From assembly GCA_964370825.1 (NCBI GenBank), contig CAYJKY010000012.1, positions 1,594 through 65,593 on the forward strand: a stretch of DNA of 64,000 bases. The letters run 5' to 3'. A program made the position numbers and the translations under genes. The notes under the pieces are model-generated. The model had not been told where the DNA came from. It searched no databases and was given only the letters and a program-made list of their open reading frames with translations. This stretch comes from an uncultured Oscillospiraceae bacterium. GTDB taxonomy: Bacteria; Bacillota; Clostridia; Oscillospirales; Ruminococcaceae. Shown one piece after another: positions 55,856 to 64,000 of the stretch. The stretch's first letter is position 1. Each line of letters opens with the position of its first letter.

Positions 55856-57598
55856 TTATTCGGATAAAAATGCAAAAACATCTTTACCGAGCTTAATGTT
55901 GGTAGATTCAAACACCACAATCTCGTTTTCCCCCTCACGTAACAGTGGTGCAGGAAGATAAAGCGGTGTATCCGGTGTGGTTTCACTCCAATATCGACCG
56001 AGATTAAATCCGTTAATAAAAACATTTCCTTTGGTCAGACCATATAGTTTGACAAAGCTATCGGCTAATATTTCCGCCTTAAATCTTCCGCGTAAAAATG
56101 TTGGAGTGTTTTGGGCGGTTTTATTTGTCGAAAAGCAAAGCTCACTTATATCTGAGAGGGTTAGAGGAAACATCTTCCACCCAAAGAGATGTACAGCACC
56201 GAGCCTTACTGCCTTCACTCCCTTGCGCTCGCCAATCTCTTTACCAAAATTCACCCTGCCGAGGTTTTCTACAAGTAGCTCTATTCTTGTGGGTGCATCT
56301 TTACTAGTGTTCAAAACAATCTCATCAAAGCGTTCAAGGTGATTGTCAATTACCCCCTTGAACTCACCATCAACATAGACAACTGCACGATCGCAAAGAC
56401 CGTCGAGGGAGAGTATTGCCTCGTTGAAATCTGCCTGTACCGTTGTGCTGTAGAGAACAAAGCCCGACGGTACATCAAGATGTTCAAAGCTAAGCGGTGC
56501 CGCAGACATAAAAATCTTTGATATATTATCAAGGTTATCAAACAGCAAAGCCGATTCGGTGAAATCCACCCTACCGTATGAATACTTTATGGTATCGGCA
56601 ACCTCAATTTCATCTGCCTTGCCAAAGCGTTTTTCCAACTCTGCCTTGACTGCATAATATTTTTCCGTCATGTCACCGCACTCGGATAGCGGCGAGTCAT
56701 AGTCATAGCTTGTTACCGTCGGAAGTATTTTACCATCATAGTTTGCACCATTCATAAAACCGAAGTTGGTTCCGCCATGAAACATATAAAAATTGATGTT
56801 CCCATTGTCGTTTAGTATCTCGCCCATCGTTTTGATAACATCATCGGCAGGGCGTGTATGATGCTCCTCGCCCCAGTGATCAAACCATCCGTTCCAAAAT
56901 TCCATACACATAAAGGGGTCGTCATTGCGATATTTATGAAAGATTTCACGCGCCTCATCCCCTCGACTTCCGAAGTTACAGGTAGCAAGCACCCCGTCTA
57001 GCGTTCCGTTTGTTAGCATATATTCGGTAGGGCCGTCCGATGTGAAATACAGACAATCCATGTTGTTTTTTTCGTAGATTGACTTAATCGCTTTTAGGTA
57101 TTCCTTGTCGTTGCCAAAGCTACCATACTCGTTTTCTATCTGCATTGCAATAACATTACCGCCGTTAACCTCAAGGTGCGGGCGAATGATATCACAAAGC
57201 TTTTCGTAGTAACGCTCCACCTTGGAGAGATACACCGGGTCAGCACAGCGAAGATTCATATCATATTTATGCAACCAGTAAGGAAAGCCACCAAAATCCC
57301 ATTCGGCACATATGTATGGACCTGGTCGTACAATTGCGTAAAGCCCTACATCTTGCGCAGTCTGCAAAAATTCACCAATGTTTAAAATGCCTTCAAAATC
57401 ATATGAGCCTTCAAACTGTTCGTGAAGATTCCAAGCACAGTAACTTTCCACCGTGTTAAATCCACAAGCCTTAAGTTTGCGAAGCCTATCCTCCCAATAT
57501 CCCGGCACTACACGAAAATAGTGAATGGCGCCACTAAGTATGTTTATTGGATTGTCATGCATATAAAACTGTTTGTTTGAAAATTTTAAGTTTGCCAT
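55856..57598 (-). CDS. GH35-family beta-galactosidase.
   Basis: N-terminus FYMHDNPINILSGAIHYFRVVPGYWEDRLRKLKACGFNTVESYCAWNLHE...GPYICAEWDFGGFPYWL is diagnostic of GH35. The catalytic ENEYG motif is present. Confidence 0.9.
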   Translation of the reverse strand: MANLKFSNKQFYMHDNPINILSGAIHYFRVVPGYWEDRLRKLKACGFNTVESYCAWNLHEQFEGSYDFEGILNIGEFLQTAQDVGLYAIVRPGPYICAEWDFGGFPYWLHKYDMNLRCADPVYLSKVERYYEKLCDIIRPHLEVNGGNVIAMQIENEYGSFGNDKEYLKAIKSIYEKNNMDCLYFTSDGPTEYMLTNGTLDGVLATCNFGSRGDEAREIFHKYRNDDPFMCMEFWNGWFDHWGEEHHTRPADDVIKTMGEILNDNGNINFYMFHGGTNFGFMNGANYDGKILPTVTSYDYDSPLSECGDMTEKYYAVKAELEKRFGKADEIEVADTIKYSYGRVDFTESALLFDNLDNISKIFMSAAPLSFEHLDVPSGFVLYSTTVQADFNEAILSLDGLCDRAVVYVDGEFKGVIDNHLERFDEIVLNTSKDAPTRIELLVENLGRVNFGKEIGERKGVKAVRLGAVHLFGWKMFPLTLSDISELCFSTNKTAQNTPTFLRGRFKAEILADSFVKLYGLTKGNVFINGFNLGRYWSETTPDTPLYLPAPLLREGENEIVVFESTNIKLGKDVFAFLSE

Positions 57599-57638
57599 AT
57601 ACTGTATCCTTTCCTAAATACATTCTGTAAAATCGTTT

Positions 57639-58070
57639 CTATCTTCGTTCTTTTTCCTTTTTTAGGTTTGACGCTATCCTTGTGATAATATCACCCGCTT
57701 TCTCTAACTCATCCTGCGAGATATCACTGAATGCTACTCTCCTAAAGTTTAACCGACAGTCCTGTGACTTCTTTATTACAGCATCACTTTTTGGCAACAA
57801 GGTCAATTTCACAATTTTTTTGTTTTCCGGCATCACCGATCTAGTCAGGTAACCTTTTTCTATCATTCCCTTAATGGATGCCGAAACATGAGATTTTGTG
57901 AAACTTTTCGCAGTTATTATATTCGTCATGGTGTTGAAATCGGGGTTGTCGCTTAAAAATTGGAGTATGTCAATGTCCATGTAAGTAAGTCCGGTTTCAG
58001 ACATCAAGTCCTTGAAATAATCGCGCCTAATTGTAGTTATAGTCACAAATAGATCCTTGAAATATATCAT
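57639..58070 (-). CDS. MarR-family transcriptional regulator.
   Basis: 143 aa with a winged-HTH pattern. Confidence 0.75.
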   Translation of the reverse strand: MIYFKDLFVTITTIRRDYFKDLMSETGLTYMDIDILQFLSDNPDFNTMTNIITAKSFTKSHVSASIKGMIEKGYLTRSVMPENKKIVKLTLLPKSDAVIKKSQDCRLNFRRVAFSDISQDELEKAGDIITRIASNLKKEKERR

Positions 58071-58320
58071 AATATCTTCCCTATGTCTATTAGCTCTTTT
58101 TCAGACAATTTCATATTCGTATTGTAGTTCTATTTAGAACAAATGTCAATGATATTATCGTAAAAAATATGTAAAAAATCTACGGTGACATCATTGTTGT
58201 CGAATAATTTGTCAAAATGACTCGGTTGCACGATAAAAGTAGTGAAATGTATTGCATTTTGCATATAAAAGTGCGATAATATAAATACATATCGAACCAT
58301 TAATCACAGGTTATTTACAT

Positions 58321-61300
58321 ATGAAAATATCAATAAAGAAAAAGTTAATCACAATGTTGGCGGTGGTGACACTGTTTGTTGTTCAGGTAACGATGGTTTG
58401 GGGAACCTCTGTTTTACCATTCACGAATTTGAATGCTGATATCGGAATTGCTCCGCCCGAGTTTGTTGAAATAGTTATTTCTCCGTTGGAAACAAATCGC
58501 TACATAGTCGCTAACGGAAACAAACTGTACATTGAAGCTGGCGGTGCAAATACCACGATATACTATATGGACGGAGCCTCGAAAAAATATATCAATATTT
58601 CCGGTGGAGTTTTCTTTTTTTCCGGTACGCCGAATCCCAGCGATTTTAGTGACTATACTATCGTTGCCGGTGGATACTCTACAACTACAGCTGTTTCAGT
58701 GCCCTCTACCTCGATTGAGATGACCGGTGGAACTGTTTTGGCGATTTATGGTGGCGGGCTTTCCAACGGAGCCTCGGCAGTGTCCACCGTAACGGGAGAC
58801 ACCCAAGTTAACATAAGCGGCGGTAATGCTGGTCGCGTCTTTGGCGGCGGGTTAGCTTTATTTGAAGGCAACTCGGTGGTTTCTTTAAACACCAACCTAA
58901 ATATTACCGGCACAGCCTCAATCGGCACCGCATACGGTGCCGGCGATAGTTATACAACTGTTAGCGGCAGCAGTAACGTTTCGGTAAGTGAAACACCGAC
59001 AGTTGGATCACTTTATGGTGGTGGCAACTATCTATCGCTTGTTTCGGGAAACACCAAGGTAGATATATCCGGCGGAACCTTTAATCTTGTGCACGGTGGA
59101 GGTAACAACAACAGCTATATTGGCTACACCGGAAAAATTCATTCAACACCATTTGCCCTAAACAAGAACCCATCACTTGGCAGAGTGGATGTTACGGTAG
59201 CAGGTAATGCATCGTTAACAACTCCCCCTCTTACATCACATCAATATCATGGAAGTGTTGTAGGTGGCGGAAACAAAAATTTTATTAATGCAGACATTAA
59301 CGTGATCGTAAAGGATAACGTAACAGTTTCTAAAAACATATATGGTGGAGATGTAGAGCTAAACAGCATCTCCTCTGCCCCCACATTTAATGAATATCTT
59401 ACAAATGTAGATGGCGACATCTATGTAAGAGTAGAAGGTGGTGCTATTTCGGGTTCGGTATATGGAGGCGGTCGAAATGATCATGTACTAAACAACACAA
59501 CAACGCACATAACTTCCGGAAATATCAGTGGAAATGTATTCGGCACCGGTTATCGCACCAGCATAGAGGGTAATGCACGTGTCATTATTGATGATGGTAT
59601 CATAGGCGGAGATGTTTTTGGTGGCGGTGAGATTCTCACACTTGTGGGTTCCAATAGATTTGGCGCAGCCGTAGGAGACAGGGGAAATATATCTGTTGAA
59701 ATTAATGATGGTCAAATTAGTGGTTCAGTTTATGCCGGAGGTAGAATCAATTACTACAACTCATATACCGGTGTTTTTGGATACAGAGATATAGGTATAA
59801 CCATTTCAGGTGGAACGGTTCACGGTTCACTAATCGGAGGCTCACTAATAGAGGCAATCCCCGGCGAGACATCGATAGGATCATTAACATCAGCGTTTGG
59901 AGATCCATTAGGTAATATAAGCATATTCGCTTTAGACGGAACAGTCAAAAATGATATTATAGGCGCAGGTAGCTATGATATTTTTGCGGACGGAAGCTCC
60001 ACTTCACTGCTTGAAGATAATTTATTCATCTTTGTAAACGACGGTGCGACTGTCGAAGGAGATGTATATAAACAGCTGTTTGCCGAAGATACGTCTCCTC
60101 CTACCGATTACATCGAAGGTACATCTACAGTCGTTATAGAAAACACTTCTACGACGGTTGCAGAAATTTATGGAGATGTGGGCAATGTTTCCATCGCCGA
60201 TATATCCTCCGAGATAACTGCAATTTTACGACAGGACAGACAGCCAGGATGGACATTGGATCACTGGCAGATCAGAGGTAATGTAAGTCTTCCGCTGACG
60301 GTAACAAAGAATATTTCAATCGATGCCGAGGAGGAACTCTATATCCCATTATCATCAAGCCTAATTGCTGAGGAGAGTGGAGCAGATGTTTTTGTAAATA
60401 ACGGCTTTATAGTTACCCTTCAACCGACTTTAGACATGAGCATCGAAACATCAAACGTACCAAACGAGAGCAATGTGCAGAGCAGAATTATTCGTGACGA
60501 TGTAGTTCTATCTGTGGAACTGACAGATGCTGACTATACCGTCGGACAGACCGCAACTCCACTGGATGCAACACCTAAGTCGAATCCGCTTTGGGATCTA
60601 TTACTGAGCGGAGATAAGGTTAGTGTCGACAATGTTTCCTATGAGTGGCAAAAGGAGAGTGTGCTCCTACCATCCGAGACCGCTGCACTGTATATACCTA
60701 AAACCGACTACGTTTCAAGTTTTACCTATACTGTGAATTCCACGGCAAATTATCTTTTTCAGACTGTGCCGGTCGGCATACTTTCCAACATTGACGGAGG
60801 TGATTCCGCCATTATAAATGTAACCGCTGTGCCGATAATTACTCCAACTCCGGAACCGACACCGACCCCAACACCGACACCGACCCCAACACCGGCACCT
60901 GAGCCGGACCCGGAAGATGAGGAGAGCTCGAGTAGCTCCTCTGTACCATCATCCTCTGCTCCTGCATCATCTTCCTCGACACCGAGTTCTTCAGCACCGT
61001 CAAGCTCGTCCACATCTCTACCTCCAACTACGGAAGATGAAGTTGACGACCCGGAAATCACACCCGGTGGTGGCGTGACAATTCCACCCGGAGACAGTGG
61101 GAATCCTCCGGACAACATTACCATTGGCGGTGATGAGGTGGAAGGCGGCAGCATAACGGTCGGGGAGGGGGGAGAGCTGTTGATTTCACCGGAGGCATTT
61201 ACCGGACTTCCGGACGGTGAGCACATCATAAGGCTTCGCTACGATGGTGTTGATTATGAGACATCTGTGATTGTAGAAGACGGTGTTCCGCAGTCAATAG

Positions 61301-61716
61301 GTACTCTCTCACGGGCAAGGTCATTCAGTCTTTTTAATCTTATCGTAACTATATTAACCCTACTTATACCGATAGTTTATATGATCACGGCAACAAGAAC
61401 CGCCTGCAAGAATGACGATTATCGCTCGCTGTATCGTAAAAATGACACAGTTAAAAAATCTCACGCAAGGCGAACACCCGCTACAATTGCAGGATTAATG
61501 ATTTTTGTGATTTCACTTGTGTTACTGTTGCTGACTCAAGATTTTACACAACCTATTGTCATTTTTGATATTTACAGTATTTGGTTTGCAATTCTGCTTG
61601 GTACACAGGCGATTATTAAGATTGTTCATTATAACACGTCGAAAAACAATAGCCGCAATAAACCAATAGATTACGAGTTACCAATGCAATACTCAGAAAA
61701 AGTTACAATACATTAA
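58321..61716 (+). CDS. Giant repeat-rich surface protein (1131 aa): signal peptide, about 12 degenerate [IVFY]-[YFH]-G-G-G repeats (beta-helix-like), a PT-rich then Ser-rich linker, and a C-terminal region with 2-3 TM helices.
   Basis: Repeats IYGGGLS, VFGGGLA, LYGGGNY, VHGGGNN, VVGGGNK, VYGGGRN, VFGGGEI, VYAGGRI. Linker PTPEPTPTPTPTPTPTPAPEP followed by SSSSSS. No LPXTG. Confidence 0.7.
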   Translation: MKISIKKKLITMLAVVTLFVVQVTMVWGTSVLPFTNLNADIGIAPPEFVEIVISPLETNRYIVANGNKLYIEAGGANTTIYYMDGASKKYINISGGVFFFSGTPNPSDFSDYTIVAGGYSTTTAVSVPSTSIEMTGGTVLAIYGGGLSNGASAVSTVTGDTQVNISGGNAGRVFGGGLALFEGNSVVSLNTNLNITGTASIGTAYGAGDSYTTVSGSSNVSVSETPTVGSLYGGGNYLSLVSGNTKVDISGGTFNLVHGGGNNNSYIGYTGKIHSTPFALNKNPSLGRVDVTVAGNASLTTPPLTSHQYHGSVVGGGNKNFINADINVIVKDNVTVSKNIYGGDVELNSISSAPTFNEYLTNVDGDIYVRVEGGAISGSVYGGGRNDHVLNNTTTHITSGNISGNVFGTGYRTSIEGNARVIIDDGIIGGDVFGGGEILTLVGSNRFGAAVGDRGNISVEINDGQISGSVYAGGRINYYNSYTGVFGYRDIGITISGGTVHGSLIGGSLIEAIPGETSIGSLTSAFGDPLGNISIFALDGTVKNDIIGAGSYDIFADGSSTSLLEDNLFIFVNDGATVEGDVYKQLFAEDTSPPTDYIEGTSTVVIENTSTTVAEIYGDVGNVSIADISSEITAILRQDRQPGWTLDHWQIRGNVSLPLTVTKNISIDAEEELYIPLSSSLIAEESGADVFVNNGFIVTLQPTLDMSIETSNVPNESNVQSRIIRDDVVLSVELTDADYTVGQTATPLDATPKSNPLWDLLLSGDKVSVDNVSYEWQKESVLLPSETAALYIPKTDYVSSFTYTVNSTANYLFQTVPVGILSNIDGGDSAIINVTAVPIITPTPEPTPTPTPTPTPTPAPEPDPEDEESSSSSSVPSSSAPASSSSTPSSSAPSSSSTSLPPTTEDEVDDPEITPGGGVTIPPGDSGNPPDNITIGGDEVEGGSITVGEGGELLISPEAFTGLPDGEHIIRLRYDGVDYETSVIVEDGVPQSIGTLSRARSFSLFNLIVTILTLLIPIVYMITATRTACKNDDYRSLYRKNDTVKKSHARRTPATIAGLMIFVISLVLLLLTQDFTQPIVIFDIYSIWFAILLGTQAIIKIVHYNTSKNNSRNKPIDYELPMQYSEKVTIH

Positions 61717-61720
61717 GACT

Positions 61721-61755
61721 AAAGGGATGTGACAAAACAAATGTCACGTCCCTTT
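61721..61755. terminator. Hairpin terminator: 14-bp stem aaagggatgtgaca / tgtcacgtcccttt with a 7-nt loop, between convergent genes.
   Basis: Inverted repeat with one G-U pair. The T-run is weak. Confidence 0.5.
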
Positions 61756-61896
61756 AACTTTGGCTAGATATTCATTTAACTTTAAAAACTATACATCGAT
61801 TTCAAACAAATTGCCTACTACTTGAGGCGCATTATGTGTGCATATCAATAGATTGCATACACTTTAACGTGTTGCTTTTCAAGTTGAAGACTACTA

Positions 61897-63282
61897 TTAT
61901 TTGAGCAATATTCTTGCCATCTGCACACCCATCACAGACGCCATCATTAACCCACGTGTCCAACCGCTTGAATCTCCCAAGCAGTAAAGGTTGTCGATAC
62001 TTGTCTTCAGCGATGAATTCATCTTAACACGATTGCTGTAAAACTTTATTTCGGGTGAGTATAACAAGGTTTCGTATGCCGCAAAACCCGGAACCACATG
62101 GTCGACCGCCTGAATAAAGTTGATAATGTTTGTCATTGCACGGTACGGCATTGCCGATGTTATATCTCCGGCTACAGCATCCGGTAAACTCGGACGTACG
62201 TTGGAGCGGGAAAGTTCCTCCTGCCAGGTGCGCTTGCCATCCAATATGTCGCCATAGCGTTGCACAAGTATCCTACCGTCACCTAGCATGTTTGTCAGCT
62301 CGGCAACCTTGCGTGCATATTCTATCGGACGGTCAAACGGCTCGCTAAAGTCATGAGAGCACAGTATTGCAAGGTTGGTATTTCCGGATTTTTTTTCTTT
62401 ATATGAGTGCCCATTGACAACGGCTAAGTCGCAGTCATAGTTTTCCTGGCTAACAAATCCACCGGGGTTTTGACAGAAGGTACGCACCTTGTTTTTGAAG
62501 GGGGCAGGGTATCCAATTAGCTTAGATTCATAGAGTACATTATTAACATCCTCCATTATCTCGTTACGAACCTCAACGCGAACGCCAATATCTACTGTTC
62601 CCGCCTGATGCGCAATGCCATTGTCTCTGCACATTCTCTCTAACCAATCGGCGCCCCGTCGTCCGGTTGCAACAATAACATGATCGGCTATTATTGCTTC
62701 ACCATTTTCCAGAACCGCACCGTTACAGCGACCATTATCGATTGAAAGTGATTGTACGGATGCCCCAAATCGAAGCTCTACACCCTTCTGCTCTAAAAAG
62801 CGTTCGATAGAAAAATATATTTCCTGAGCCTTTTCGGTTCCGAGGTGGCGTATAGGGCAGTCCACCAATTTAAGCCCTGCTTGAATTGTCCTTTTGCGGA
62901 TTTCTTTTACCTTATCATCTTTACCGACACCTTCAACATGGGAATCTGCACCAAATTCAAGATATATATCATCGGTGTATCGAATTAACTCGGCAGTCAG
63001 ATCATCACCTATCAGCTGTGGAAGGTCTCCTCCAACCTCGGTAGCGAGTGAAAGTTTGCCATCAGAAAAGGCACCGGCACCGGAAAAGCCGGTTGTAATA
63101 TGACAGTACGGTTTGCAGGATATGCATACACCTGTTTTACTTTTCGGACAGCTACGTTTCTCGATTGCTGCACCTTTTTCCATTATTGCAACACTACCGG
63201 TGTATCCTTTTTTTATTAACTCCATTGCAGTAAATATTCCGGCAGGACCTGCTCCAATAATTAATACATCATATTTTCCCAT
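61897..63282 (-). CDS. FAD-dependent protein (COG2509-type NAD(FAD)-utilising dehydrogenase).
   Basis: Start MGKYDVLIIGAGPAGIFTA (dinucleotide-binding) with a ggag RBS. A Cys cluster CPKSKTGVCISCKPYC follows. Confidence 0.7.
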   Translation of the reverse strand: MGKYDVLIIGAGPAGIFTAMELIKKGYTGSVAIMEKGAAIEKRSCPKSKTGVCISCKPYCHITTGFSGAGAFSDGKLSLATEVGGDLPQLIGDDLTAELIRYTDDIYLEFGADSHVEGVGKDDKVKEIRKRTIQAGLKLVDCPIRHLGTEKAQEIYFSIERFLEQKGVELRFGASVQSLSIDNGRCNGAVLENGEAIIADHVIVATGRRGADWLERMCRDNGIAHQAGTVDIGVRVEVRNEIMEDVNNVLYESKLIGYPAPFKNKVRTFCQNPGGFVSQENYDCDLAVVNGHSYKEKKSGNTNLAILCSHDFSEPFDRPIEYARKVAELTNMLGDGRILVQRYGDILDGKRTWQEELSRSNVRPSLPDAVAGDITSAMPYRAMTNIINFIQAVDHVVPGFAAYETLLYSPEIKFYSNRVKMNSSLKTSIDNLYCLGDSSGWTRGLMMASVMGVQMARILLK

Positions 63283-63374
63283 GTTAACTCCACAATTTTT
63301 ATTACGCAACAAGAAGGGGCAACTAAATGTTTTGTCACCCCTCATAATAGTCTATAGCTGTTTTTGAAAACTGA

Positions 63375-64000
63375 TTATGCCCACCACATCTCGGTTAATT
63401 TTTCCTTTATAATCATATCTTTTAAGAAAAGTATTGCCTTTTCAAGACCTTCTTCGGTAGACATTAAGCTGTCCTCATGCTCTATTGAAAGGGCGCCGTC
63501 ATAGTTCACCTTAGCAAGCATGGATATCATGTCCTTCCATACAGAGGCGTCGTTTCCATATCCACAGGAACGGAAAATCCAGGAACGGTTAATTTCATCA
63601 CCGTAGTGCTTGTTATCCAGAACACCGTTAAGTGCAGTGTTAAACGGGTCGATCTTTGTGTCCTTTGCGTGGAAATGGAAAATTGCTCCGGCAAGACCTA
63701 ATGCCTTTATTGATGCAACCGGATCCATACCCTGCCAGAACAGGTGTGAAGGGTCAAAGTTTACTCCGATGTTATCACCGCAACACTCACGTAGTCGAAG
63801 TGCTGTTTCGGTATTGTATACACAGAAACCGGGGTGCATTTCCATTGCAAGTTTAACATCGCCATGCTGTTTCGCAAAGGCATTTTTTTCCTTCCAGTAG
63901 GGAATTAGCACCTCGTTCCACTGCCATTCTAATATCTTAGAAAAATCGTCAGGCCAAGGGCATGTAACCCAGTTTGGATACTTTGAACTCTCGCTATCGC
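63375..64000 (-). CDS. Xylose-isomerase-like TIM-barrel protein (sugar phosphate isomerase/epimerase family), 5'-partial at the window edge.
   Basis: ...HPGFCVYNTETALRLRECCGDNIGVNFDPSHLFWQGMDP... The ORF is open to the window end. Confidence 0.65.
   Translation of the reverse strand, partial: DSESSKYPNWVTCPWPDDFSKILEWQWNEVLIPYWKEKNAFAKQHGDVKLAMEMHPGFCVYNTETALRLRECCGDNIGVNFDPSHLFWQGMDPVASIKALGLAGAIFHFHAKDTKIDPFNTALNGVLDNKHYGDEINRSWIFRSCGYGNDASVWKDMISMLAKVNYDGALSIEHEDSLMSTEEGLEKAILFLKDMIIKEKLTEMWWA

Noticed and set aside
60841-60960. Short tandem ccgacaccgacc repeats that look like a microsatellite or spacer-repeat array
   Set aside because: They are in-frame and encode the PT-rich linker (PTPEPTPTPTPTP) of the giant surface protein. 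There is no CRISPR-like repeat-spacer structure.
1-64000. CRISPR arrays, IS elements, integrases, prophage or toxin-antitoxin and defence genes
   Set aside because: None seen. There are no repeat-spacer periodicity, transposase or recombinase-like translations, or phage structural genes anywhere in the window.

Overview
This 64-kb window reads as a low-GC Firmicutes (Clostridia) chromosome. It is probably a cellulosome-bearing Oscillospiraceae/Ruminococcaceae-type organism, because one secreted protein ends in a clear type-I dockerin. About 55 genes are tightly packed on both strands. I saw no CRISPR array, prophage or IS element.

The core, housekeeping content is:
- the ori-proximal set rpmH-rnpA-yidD-yidC-jag, here followed by trkA-trkH and a dCache/GGDEF*/EAL c-di-GMP protein rather than mnmE/mnmG, and with no dnaA
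- lrgAB
- asnA
- a complete pstSCAB-phoU-phoPR phosphate island with an upstream Pho-box array
- tRNA-Gly(UCC) with a textbook promoter and terminator

The accessory content is:
- a 5'-truncated membrane protein whose cytoplasmic N-terminus is built from tandem 93-nt (31-aa) Pro/Gln-rich repeats
- a flotillin/NfeD/HTH operon divergent from a lipoprotein made of two glutaredoxin-like CxxC domains, with a single-domain paralog 44 kb away just after phoR
- a membrane AraC regulator with an LplABC-type sugar ABC transporter and a GHL6/GH42-like hydrolase
- DUF454 plus a heterodimeric ABC exporter, one half of which is frameshifted at a 9-nt direct repeat
- two Cys-type sulfatases with a sugar ABC transporter and a LacI regulator carrying twin palindromic operators
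- an orphan fliD-fliS operon behind a near-consensus sigma-28 promoter, next to a CAP/SCP-dockerin protein
- an amino-acid ABC transporter co-transcribed with a PNPOx-ferredoxin fusion
- an HxlR / Gfo-Idh-MocA / TIM-barrel / URO-D-like / GH35 cluster that resembles oxidative (3-keto) glycoside-cleavage modules
- a 1131-aa GGG-repeat beta-helix-like surface protein anchored by C-terminal TM helices

All calls come from reading the translations and the DNA motifs. No database search was run.
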